A DNA stretch of 64,000 nt from Chitinophagales bacterium (GTDB lineage Bacteria > Bacteroidota > Bacteroidia > Chitinophagales > JADIYW01), in the NCBI GenBank assembly GCA_020636545.1, contig JACJXS010000008.1:72359-136358 (forward strand), written 5' to 3'. The translations under genes and the position numbers were made by a program. Of this stretch, positions 46,782-55,750 are shown in pieces (the first letter of the stretch is position 1; every line of letters starts with the position of its first letter). The notes under the pieces are model-generated. The model did not search any database. It was not told where the DNA came from and saw nothing but the letters and a program-made list of their open reading frames with translations.

Positions 46782-47960
46782 TTATCTACTTTTTTCTAAT
46801 GCTTGTAGTATATCTGCCTTTATATCGTCAATATGCTCCAAACCTATTGAAGTTCGGATGGTTCCATTCTCAATTCCAGAAGCTTTTCTTGATGCTTCAT
46901 CAATTTTGCTATGTGTTGTTGATGCAGGATGTGTCGCAATAGAGCGACAATCACCTAAATTTGCAGTATGCGAGAAAAGTTGCAAACTATCTAAGAATTT
47001 TCGTCCTCTTTCTAAACCACCATGGACTTCAAAGGTAACAACGCCACCGCCTTGTGTCATTTGTTTTTTAGCTAATTCATATTGAGGATGAGATTTTAAA
47101 AATGGATAAACTACTTTTTTAATATCCTCTTGTGTTTCTAACCATTGAGCTAATTCTAAAGCATTTTGACAATGTCTATCCATTCTAACATGCAAGGTTT
47201 CTAAGCTTTTGCTTAATATCCAAGCATTAAACGGAGATAAAGAAGGACCAGTTTGTCTGCAAAATTGTCTTATTGTTTTAGTGATTTCTTTATTGGCCAA
47301 AACAACGCCACCAGTAACTCGACCTTGCCCATCTAAAAATTTTGTAGCTGAATGGGTAATGATATCGGCACCATATTTAGCAGGCTGTTGTAAATAAGGC
47401 GTTGCAAAGCAATTATCAATATTCACTAAAACATTATGCTTTTTCCCAATGTTGCAAAGATGTTCCATATCAATCAATACTAAACCAGGATTGGAAGGCG
47501 TTTCTGCAAATATCATTTTTGTATTTGGTTGAATAAGACTTTCCCAAGTTTCAGGTTGATTAATATCAAAAAAGCTATGTTCTATGCCCCAATTAGGCAT
47601 ATATTCTTTTATAATTTTTGTAGTAGAAGCAAATAAAGCTGATGAAGCCAAAATATGGTCGCCTTTATTTAAAAACGGCATCATAGAAGCAAAAACAGCA
47701 GCCATACCTGTTGCGGTAGCAAAGCCATCTTCCATTCCTTCTAAAATGCACATCTTTTCTATAAATTCAGAAGTATTTGGATTTGAAAATCGTGAATAAA
47801 TATTATCAGTATATTCATCTGCAAATAATGCCCTAGCTTGCTCAGCATCTTCAAAAACAAAAGAAGAAGTTAGGTATAATGGAACACTATGCTCTCTAAA
47901 TCCACGTTCGTGTTGTGTACGGATAGCATTTGTAGCAAAATGCTGATATTTTCTTTTCAT
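46782..47960 (-). CDS. Cys/Met-metabolism PLP enzyme (O-acyl-homoserine sulfhydrylase / cystathionine gamma-synthase family)
   Basis: SRFSNPNT, ETPSNP and HSATKFLDGQGR (PLP lysine). Confidence 0.8.
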   Translation of the reverse strand: MKRKYQHFATNAIRTQHERGFREHSVPLYLTSSFVFEDAEQARALFADEYTDNIYSRFSNPNTSEFIEKMCILEGMEDGFATATGMAAVFASMMPFLNKGDHILASSALFASTTKIIKEYMPNWGIEHSFFDINQPETWESLIQPNTKMIFAETPSNPGLVLIDMEHLCNIGKKHNVLVNIDNCFATPYLQQPAKYGADIITHSATKFLDGQGRVTGGVVLANKEITKTIRQFCRQTGPSLSPFNAWILSKSLETLHVRMDRHCQNALELAQWLETQEDIKKVVYPFLKSHPQYELAKKQMTQGGGVVTFEVHGGLERGRKFLDSLQLFSHTANLGDCRSIATHPASTTHSKIDEASRKASGIENGTIRTSIGLEHIDDIKADILQALEKSR

Positions 47961-48037
47961 TGGATAGCAATTTAAAAAGTAAAGATAGTAAGTTGAAAAA
48001 TAAGGAAAGTTTAAATTTTTTGGTCAATTCAAAATTC

Positions 48038-48283
48038 CTAATTCAAAGCTACAACTTTTTGTATTTCAGAAACCGCAGCTTTTACGGTGCTTTCGACACC
48101 AGCTTTAACAGTAGAAGCACTCATTCTACAAGATTCACATGCACCTTTTAATTTTATATAAACAATAAAATCTTCTGAAATACTTACCAATTCAATATCT
48201 CCACCATCTGCTATTAAAAAAGGGCGAATTTCTTCTAATGCTTTTTCAACACGTTCATATAATATATCACTCGTATCTAACAT
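48038..48283 (-). CDS. NifU C-terminal-domain-like Fe-S assembly protein
   Basis: 81 aa with IRPFLIADGGDIELV and GACESC motifs. Confidence 0.8.
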   Translation of the reverse strand: MLDTSDILYERVEKALEEIRPFLIADGGDIELVSISEDFIVYIKLKGACESCRMSASTVKAGVESTVKAAVSEIQKVVALN

Positions 48284-48294
48284 CGTATCTGAAA

Positions 48295-49380
48295 TTATAC
48301 TGATTCTGGTACTTTTGCATTAATAATAGCTGCTTGTTGAGCGACTTGTTGAGCTAAGTTAGCAAATGCAGTACTTGCACTATTTGAAAATTGAAGAGCG
48401 ATAGGCTTTCCTTCATCACCGCCTTCTCTAATTTTTTGTTCAATTGGTAATTCACCTAAGAATGGCACTTCAAATTGTTGTGCAATTAATTGTCCACCGC
48501 CTTTACCAAAAATATAATACTTTTTATCCAAAGCATCAGGAGGTGTGAAATAAGACATGTTTTCAATAACGCCTAATATTGGAATATTGATTGCTTCTAA
48601 TTGATAAAATGCAATTGCTTTTCTAGCATCAGCTAATGCAACTTCTTGAGGTGTGGTAACCACTACAGCTGCGGTTACACCAATATTTTGAGCTAGAGTT
48701 AAATGTATATCTCCAGTTCCTGGAGGTAAATCTAAAACTAAATAATCTAACTCTTCCCAAAGTACTTCAGAAATCATTTGTCTTAAAGCAGAAGTAGCCA
48801 TTGGACCACGCCAAGCAACAGGTTGCTTTTCGCCAATCATAAATCCAATTGACATTACTTTCATATCATAATATTCAATCGGCACCAAATAGTTTTTATC
48901 ATCTACTTTTTGAACATTGGGACGCATATTGTTTAGGCTCAACATTGTTGGAATAGATGGTCCATAGATATCTGCATCTACTAAACCTACTTTCGCTCCA
49001 GTTTGAGCCAGTGCCAAAGCTAAGTTTACGGCAACCGTTGATTTTCCAACACCACCTTTTCCCGAAGCAACAGCAATGACGTTTTTTACGTTTGGCAATA
49101 CATCTGCTTTTACATTCTTAGCAGTTTGTACTCTTGATGTGAAATTTATATTTACCGTAGCTGTACTCGAAACCAATTGAGCAATAGCATTTCTGCAATC
49201 TCTCTCAATTTGATCTTTCAGTGGACATGCTGGGGTTGTAAGTTCAACTGTAAAATTTATCTCTTCTTGAGTAAATGATACATCTTTTATCATTTTTAAT
49301 GAAACCAAATCTCTTTTAAAATCTGGATCATCTACTTGCGAAAGTGCATAAATTATTTTTTCTTCTGTAATATTCTCCAT
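48295..49380 (-). CDS. apbC: Mrp/ApbC/NBP35-family Fe-S cluster carrier ATPase
   Basis: N-terminal DUF59-like domain (TTPACPL), deviant Walker A SGKGGVGKST and DLPPGTGD. Confidence 0.85.
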   Translation of the reverse strand: MENITEEKIIYALSQVDDPDFKRDLVSLKMIKDVSFTQEEINFTVELTTPACPLKDQIERDCRNAIAQLVSSTATVNINFTSRVQTAKNVKADVLPNVKNVIAVASGKGGVGKSTVAVNLALALAQTGAKVGLVDADIYGPSIPTMLSLNNMRPNVQKVDDKNYLVPIEYYDMKVMSIGFMIGEKQPVAWRGPMATSALRQMISEVLWEELDYLVLDLPPGTGDIHLTLAQNIGVTAAVVVTTPQEVALADARKAIAFYQLEAINIPILGVIENMSYFTPPDALDKKYYIFGKGGGQLIAQQFEVPFLGELPIEQKIREGGDEGKPIALQFSNSASTAFANLAQQVAQQAAIINAKVPESV

Positions 49381-49455
49381 AATAAGGCAAATGTACTAAA
49401 GAAAATAACAAATAAAGCAAAAGCTTGTTTAGATTTACTTTAAATAACAAAGAAT

Positions 49456-52400
49456 TTACCTTAATAAAATAACAGAACCCATGGTTGTTTTTTTACCAGT
49501 ATTAATATCCTCGTTGCCTTCCCAAGCTTTTCCGCTTTTAAAAATGGCTCTAATTTTCCAAACATAAACATCTTGAGGCATTATTTCTCCTTTGTATCTC
49601 CCATCCCAAGCTTCAGAAGGTTGTCCATTTTCCAACTTTGTACTTTCCCAAAGTAATTGTCCATAAGTTGAAAATACTTGAACATGATATTCTTTCAAAT
49701 CAACGCCTTTTGGTTTAAATAAAGTAGATTCGCCACTACCTAATTCTGGAGCAAAAGCATTAGGAACAAATACAGCTCCATCAAAATCTACAGCAAGTAA
49801 TTTGATTACAGTATCAATACAACCATTTGCATTTTCGGCATATAATATAACTCGATTAGGTCCTAAATTATTAAATAGGAAAGTCGGATTTTTTTCAAAC
49901 GAGGAATCTTTTCCATTGAATAACCAAACATATTTAGTAGCTAAAGAAGAAATGTTATTAAAAATAACAGGTACTTGGAATTTTCCTAAATGGTCAATCG
50001 TATAAGTAAAATCAGCATTTGGTAAAGAATACACACGTATTGCATTTGGTTTTTTAATACTATCCCTACAAAGACCTTCTACTGCCAATAATGAAACAGA
50101 ATAGGTGCCAGCATGCAAATAATTATGAGGTTCGGGCTGTGCATTATTATCAAAAGTGCCATCTCCAAAATCCCAAGTAAAATTAGGGCTGCCTGCTGAG
50201 TTGGATGCATTTAATAAAGTAACGGGTACACCTAAACATACACTCGGATTATCAATATTAAATCCAGCTTTAGGTTGATTGGCAATCGTTATTATTTTTG
50301 TTATTGAGTCGCTACAACCTTTGTTTGTAAATGCTTTCAACTTGACATCAAAATTATCAGCTGATAGATATGAATAGCTTGGATTCATTTGAGAAGAGAA
50401 ATTGCCATCTCCAAAGCTCCATGTTACTGCAGCAGTATTTGTTAGAATTGGTGTAAATTTAGTTGGTTTACCTAAACATAAATCTTTTACACTAAAGTCA
50501 ACTGTAGGTTGTGGATGAACGGTAACCTTACTAGTAGCACTTGATTTACCACAATTCCCTTGAACTTCTAGTTTCACAATGTAAGTTCCAGGTTGTGTAT
50601 AGGTCTTTGGTTGGAATTCAGAAAATCCAGAAGTATTGTCGCCAAAACCCCAACTTAAACTACCACTTGAGGATACACTTTCAAATTGGACTTCTAAAGG
50701 AGAGCAGCCTTCTATCTTATCTTGAGTAATTGCAGCGTAGGTAGTATTTGCACGAACTGTAATTATTTTTGAAATTTTATCAGTACCACACGCATTAGAA
50801 ACTGTTTGCGTTATGGTATAGGTCGTATCATTTCTACTCGAATTATAATAAGTTGGAGGAGTAGGATTTGGTAATTGAGAAGTTTGTCCAGGAATCCCAA
50901 AATCCCAATGATAAGTAGCAGAACTTCCATAAGCATTGTTAGTCAATACTGGATTAAAAGGCTCACAACCAATAGACTGAATATTAAAATCTGCAACAGG
51001 ATCTGATTTTATAGTTACCTTTTTTTCTGCTAAAGCAGAACCACAGAAGTAATTTGCTTTTAATTCAATTTTATAAATAGAATCTGCCAATATTGGTTTA
51101 GAAAAATTTAATAAGAAAGCAGAAGAGTCATTTTTTACCAATGTCTTGTTATCATAAGTCCAAGTATAAAGACTTGCAGGGTCATGTGTTTTAGGAAATG
51201 AGACCATTATTTCTCCAGTACAAGTAGATGCTGGTGAAACATTAAAGTCTAGTTTTGCATTTTCTTTTACATTGATAGAGAATTTTAATGTGGCTGCACA
51301 CCCATCAATGGTATTGGCTTTTAAAATAATATTTTTTATTCCACTTGTAGTGTAATTATGAGTTGGATTGAGTACAAATGCATGTGGACTCCCATCTCCA
51401 AAATCCCAATCGACAGGCAATGCAATATTGTCTGAAATATTACCAAATTCAAATGGGACATTTACACATAAATTAGGTGGTGGCGTAAAATGAATACTAT
51501 CTTTTACCAAGATATTTTTCATAGCAGTCATTGAGCACTGACCACTTGGATCTTTATAAGTATAGGTTACTGGATATGTTCCAGGTGCTAATCCATAAGG
51601 GTCAAATGAGTTTAGAACAGAACTTGAGACACCAATTCCAGTCCAATTGCCACCAGGGAAATTAGGGTCATTTTCTAATTTTAATATTGTACCCTTACAA
51701 ACTTCTTGATTTGGTCCTGCATTAAATCCTAGAATTTCAATAACATTAATTTCCATTTCTTCAAAAGTAGGACATGCTGTACTCTGATTAATGGTATAGC
51801 GAACAGTTTGTTTTCCACTGCCTGCCAATGCTGGATTAAATACCCCTAAATTTACATCGGTAATTCCGGGTCCTGACCATAAGCCACCTGTTGGACTAGC
51901 AGCAGGTAATTGAATTGGTGGAGCACTTATGCAGATATCAAAACCCTTCCCTAAAGTTGGTTTTATATTGTCATAAATCGTAATTTCTCTATTGATACTA
52001 TCGCTTCCACATTGGTTTCTTATCACTGTTATGATATCAAAAGTACCTGGAGTATTATAAACGATATTCCCAGGTTTTTCTGATGACACAGAAGAAGGAT
52101 TTCCGCTATTGAATGTCCATTGATATTTTGTTGTTCCATCGTTTCCATTATAGAAAGTATAGAAATCATCATTTTCATTTAATGGAGTTCCATTGTCATT
52201 CCTAAAAGTAAAAGGTGTTGAGCATCCTAAAACTAAAGGTAAAGTGTCAATTTTTGGGTTAGTTTTAACGACTATCGTTGGACTTGTCCAAGAAACGACT
52301 GGACAAGTAGAAGAACTCGAGGTAAGACTAACTTTATAATTTCCAGCTTGAGGGAAACGTACAACAACATCTTTAGAACTTGCACTCGTGCCACCAACAA

Positions 52401-53796
52401 AAGTGGCTGGTCCACCAGTTACCGTCCATTTATAGTCTTTAGGTACACCAGTAACAATTTGACTGGTAAAGGGAACATCAACATATCCTGGGCTTTCTGG
52501 GAGACATCCTGGAGGTGTAAATGTTGCAGCCAATTCAATTGGTTCTACAACAACAATGTCAAAAAATGTATCTTTTGTATTACAATCACCATCAACCTTT
52601 AATTTTAATCTATAGTTTCCTGTCTTAGAAAATGTAATCGAGATACTGTTTTTCTTAACAGGTGTATTAAATACAGGATTTGCAGAAACACCAGCACTTG
52701 GAGTTATCGACCAAGTATGGTCAGCAAATTGTGTACATTGAGTACCCACAAATACTCGGCTTTTTTTATCTGTATTCATAAATGTATTAGCCTGATCAAC
52801 ACAAACGGTATCTTTGCCACTAATTTCAGGTTTTACAGAATCTTTTACTATGATACATTGTTGAAAGAAAGTAAAATCACATTCATTTGAACTTTCCATT
52901 TTTATAGAATAAATACTCGTTTGTGGACAAGAAGAGGAGTAGCCACAACTACCTTCTTCAAAAAAATAGGAATAATTTAGAGGAATACTTTTGTTATCAT
53001 AAGTAGATTGTAATTCATCATTTACATATAATTTGTAAATAGTACTTGGGCTATTTTCCGCAACCATTTTTGCAACATCAAAAGGCAGGTTGTAATTTGT
53101 TGGAGCACATTGTGTTGGCTGATTTAGAATTGGATATATGGTTGGTCCTTTCCCAACCAAAACGCCATAAGTTTTAGTGGCATTATTACAAGAATAACCA
53201 GTTCCTGTAATTGTATAGGTTACTGTATAAGAACCTGGATTATAGGTATGCGTAACGGCATTTGGAGCTGTAGCGGAATTATATGCTGGAGAGCCATCAC
53301 CCCAATCTATCTTATAATTTTTAATATTATTAGTTGAAGTACTTGCGTCCGTAAAAGATAATTCTTCTGGATTTGGTGTGCCTGAACATCTGCTAAAATT
53401 TTTTATTTCTGTAAGTTGTGGGTCTGGAGAACTTTTTAGATTGATAGTTGTAAATTTATTTCCACAAGGAAGATCTGCGTTCTGGTTTTCAGTCATTGCG
53501 ATATAAAAAGTTTTATTTATGTCAGTACCTCTAAATCTAATTTTTATCTCATTGTCTTTGTCGGTATATGGAGCTACGATTTCATATTCCGTTCCTAATA
53601 ATGCTTTTTGAAAATTTTGTCTTAGTATAAGTATTTTATGATAATTTGCATAAGGTTCTTTTAATGTGATGGTTATTTCATCTCCAGCACAAACTGTTGT
53701 TGTAGAAACTGTAAAATCACAAACAGCTGATGCCGTTGAAAACGTAAGAAGTGCAATTAGAATCAAAAAGATTCCTTTTAGATTTTTTATTCTCAT
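49456..53796 (-). CDS. Large PKD-repeat surface protein with a T9SS type B (gliding-motility-associated) C-terminal domain
   Basis: Signal peptide and many W(D/S)FGDG PKD cores. The C-terminus is FVPNAFAP...FKPKG...WDGRYKGEIMPQDVYVWKI. Confidence 0.85.
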   Translation of the reverse strand: MRIKNLKGIFLILIALLTFSTASAVCDFTVSTTTVCAGDEITITLKEPYANYHKILILRQNFQKALLGTEYEIVAPYTDKDNEIKIRFRGTDINKTFYIAMTENQNADLPCGNKFTTINLKSSPDPQLTEIKNFSRCSGTPNPEELSFTDASTSTNNIKNYKIDWGDGSPAYNSATAPNAVTHTYNPGSYTVTYTITGTGYSCNNATKTYGVLVGKGPTIYPILNQPTQCAPTNYNLPFDVAKMVAENSPSTIYKLYVNDELQSTYDNKSIPLNYSYFFEEGSCGYSSSCPQTSIYSIKMESSNECDFTFFQQCIIVKDSVKPEISGKDTVCVDQANTFMNTDKKSRVFVGTQCTQFADHTWSITPSAGVSANPVFNTPVKKNSISITFSKTGNYRLKLKVDGDCNTKDTFFDIVVVEPIELAATFTPPGCLPESPGYVDVPFTSQIVTGVPKDYKWTVTGGPATFVGGTSASSKDVVVRFPQAGNYKVSLTSSSSTCPVVSWTSPTIVVKTNPKIDTLPLVLGCSTPFTFRNDNGTPLNENDDFYTFYNGNDGTTKYQWTFNSGNPSSVSSEKPGNIVYNTPGTFDIITVIRNQCGSDSINREITIYDNIKPTLGKGFDICISAPPIQLPAASPTGGLWSGPGITDVNLGVFNPALAGSGKQTVRYTINQSTACPTFEEMEINVIEILGFNAGPNQEVCKGTILKLENDPNFPGGNWTGIGVSSSVLNSFDPYGLAPGTYPVTYTYKDPSGQCSMTAMKNILVKDSIHFTPPPNLCVNVPFEFGNISDNIALPVDWDFGDGSPHAFVLNPTHNYTTSGIKNIILKANTIDGCAATLKFSINVKENAKLDFNVSPASTCTGEIMVSFPKTHDPASLYTWTYDNKTLVKNDSSAFLLNFSKPILADSIYKIELKANYFCGSALAEKKVTIKSDPVADFNIQSIGCEPFNPVLTNNAYGSSATYHWDFGIPGQTSQLPNPTPPTYYNSSRNDTTYTITQTVSNACGTDKISKIITVRANTTYAAITQDKIEGCSPLEVQFESVSSSGSLSWGFGDNTSGFSEFQPKTYTQPGTYIVKLEVQGNCGKSSATSKVTVHPQPTVDFSVKDLCLGKPTKFTPILTNTAAVTWSFGDGNFSSQMNPSYSYLSADNFDVKLKAFTNKGCSDSITKIITIANQPKAGFNIDNPSVCLGVPVTLLNASNSAGSPNFTWDFGDGTFDNNAQPEPHNYLHAGTYSVSLLAVEGLCRDSIKKPNAIRVYSLPNADFTYTIDHLGKFQVPVIFNNISSLATKYVWLFNGKDSSFEKNPTFLFNNLGPNRVILYAENANGCIDTVIKLLAVDFDGAVFVPNAFAPELGSGESTLFKPKGVDLKEYHVQVFSTYGQLLWESTKLENGQPSEAWDGRYKGEIMPQDVYVWKIRAIFKSGKAWEGNEDINTGKKTTMGSVILLR

Positions 53797-53928
53797 AACC
53801 CAAAATTAATAAAAAAAAGGATTACTTATTTTATTGAGTCTTCATTATATGCTATTTGTCAAGTTTTTAGCAGATAATTCACAATATTTCTAAGTACTGC
53901 TTAATATTCTACTATTCATATAAATCAT

Positions 53929-53936
53929 TATATTTG
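53929..53936 (+). promoter_or_regulatory. Bacteroidota-type -7 promoter box (TAnnTTTG)
   Basis: TATATTTG lies 28 nt upstream of the TTG start at 53964. Confidence 0.4.
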
Positions 53937-53963
53937 TATTCTAATATAAATATCTCGTAAGAT

Positions 53964-55211
53964 TTGGAATTACAAAGCATAAAACAAAGGTTTAAGATTA
54001 TTGGAAACTCACCAGCATTAAATAATGCATTGGATATTGCTGTACGAGTAGCATCAACAAATTTATCTGTACTGATAACTGGAGAAAGTGGTGTGGGAAA
54101 AGAAGTATTTTCACAAATTATCCATACACTTTCCTCTCGAAAGCACGAAAATTTTATTGCCGTCAATTGTGGTGCAATTCCTGAAGGCACAATAGATTCT
54201 GAATTGTTTGGGCATGAGAAAGGTGCGTTCACTGGTGCTCACGATAAAAGAAAAGGCTATTTTGAAACAGTAAATAATGGCACTATATTTTTAGATGAAA
54301 TAGGAGAAATGCCCATTGGAACACAAGCCCGATTGTTACGTTTATTAGAAAGTGGAGAATTTATTAAAGTTGGATCTTCAAATGTTCAAAAAACTGATGT
54401 TCGAATTATTGCAGCTACCAATGTTGACTTGCCGAAATTAGTTCAAATAGGAAAATTTCGAGAAGATTTATATTATCGTTTAAATACAGTTCCAATCCAT
54501 GTTCCAGCTTTAAGAGAAAGGAAAGATGATATTGTATTGTTGTTTAGAAAATTTGCCTCTGATTTTGCAGAACAATATCGAACGCCATTGATACAATTAG
54601 ATGATGATGCTAAATTGTCATTGACAAAATATCGATTTCCTGGTAATGTTCGAGAACTAAAAAATATAGCAGAGCAAGTTTCTGTTTTATCTAAAGATAG
54701 AATAATAAAAAAGGAAGATATATTGCGTTTTTTGCCAGATAATGAACTCAATACCTTGCCAATGTTAAGCAATGGGCAAGAAGCGTCTAGTTTTTCAGAT
54801 AGAGAGATTTTATATAAAATGATTTTTGATATAAAGAATGATTTGAATGAATTAAAGAAGTTTGTCTGGAATGCTACAAATGGAAATGTTCAGAGTTCAG
54901 AAATTGATTTTAGTGATGTTGCTATTCCTAAAATAAGCGAAAGAAAAAATGATGCATCACATTCCTCAAATTTCTTGCATGTTCCTGATAAAGAATCTGC
55001 TGATGATAATCCGACAATAATTATCAATGAAACCCCAGCTTATGAAGTCAATACGGAAGAACAAAGTCTTTCATTGATGGATATGGAAAAAGATTTGATT
55101 ATAAAAGCTTTAGAGAAACACAAAAATAAAAGGAAAGATGCTGCATTTGATTTAGGCATTTCAGAAAGAACATTATATAGAAAAATTAAAGAATATAATT
55201 TAGAAAAATGA
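53964..55211 (+). CDS. Sigma-54-dependent transcriptional activator (AAA+ EBP plus Fis-type HTH) without an N-terminal sensory domain
   Basis: Walker A GESGVGKE, GAFTGA loop, Walker B FLDEIG and C-terminal HTH LGISERTLYRKIKEY. The AAA+ core starts about 10 aa from the N-terminus. Confidence 0.85.
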   Translation: MELQSIKQRFKIIGNSPALNNALDIAVRVASTNLSVLITGESGVGKEVFSQIIHTLSSRKHENFIAVNCGAIPEGTIDSELFGHEKGAFTGAHDKRKGYFETVNNGTIFLDEIGEMPIGTQARLLRLLESGEFIKVGSSNVQKTDVRIIAATNVDLPKLVQIGKFREDLYYRLNTVPIHVPALRERKDDIVLLFRKFASDFAEQYRTPLIQLDDDAKLSLTKYRFPGNVRELKNIAEQVSVLSKDRIIKKEDILRFLPDNELNTLPMLSNGQEASSFSDREILYKMIFDIKNDLNELKKFVWNATNGNVQSSEIDFSDVAIPKISERKNDASHSSNFLHVPDKESADDNPTIIINETPAYEVNTEEQSLSLMDMEKDLIIKALEKHKNKRKDAAFDLGISERTLYRKIKEYNLEK

Positions 55212-55747
55212 TTGTAAAGACGTTAGATATAAACGTAAATAAAAAAAAACTTAGTTTTTTTGCCTTAATTCTATTTGCTTTAATTTGTTCTAATGCGTGT
55301 AAGATATATCGTTTTTCTGATGCGAGTATTGATCCTAATTTAAAAACATTTACAATTAATCCTACAAATAATATTGCAACTTTTCAAAATGCGAGTGCTG
55401 CAGCAGATTTTACTGAAAAACTAAAAGAAAAATTTATTCGAGAAACGAGAATGGTTTTAACTAGACAAGACGGAGATATCGAATATGCTTGTACTATTAT
55501 TGAATATAATATTGAACCAATTGCTCTAACCAACACGCAAACTTTAGCACAAAATAGATTAAATATTAGTGTAAAAGTGGAATGCATTAATCATAAAGAT
55601 AATAAAAAGTCTTACACACAAAATTTTAGAGATGGCGAAAATTTTTCTGCACAAACTGCATTTAATTCGTTAGAATCTAATTTACAAAACACTATCTTTG
55701 ATAGAATTACCCAGCAAATTTTTAATAAATCTTTCTCTAATTGGTAA
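55208..55747 (+). CDS. lptE: LptE-like lipoprotein (LPS assembly)
   Basis: Lipobox (LICSNAC) and about 179 aa. ATGA overlap with the EBP gene. The position before secG matches a gene order common in Bacteroidota. The family call is moderate. Confidence 0.5.
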   Translation: MIVKTLDINVNKKKLSFFALILFALICSNACKIYRFSDASIDPNLKTFTINPTNNIATFQNASAAADFTEKLKEKFIRETRMVLTRQDGDIEYACTIIEYNIEPIALTNTQTLAQNRLNISVKVECINHKDNKKSYTQNFRDGENFSAQTAFNSLESNLQNTIFDRITQQIFNKSFSNW

Positions 55748-55750
55748 ACT

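Noticed and set aside
53912-54232. 106-aa minus-strand ORF across the start of the sigma-54 activator gene
   Set aside because: It is antisense to the Walker A region of the EBP and has no motifs. The TAnnTTTG box and start context support the plus-strand gene.
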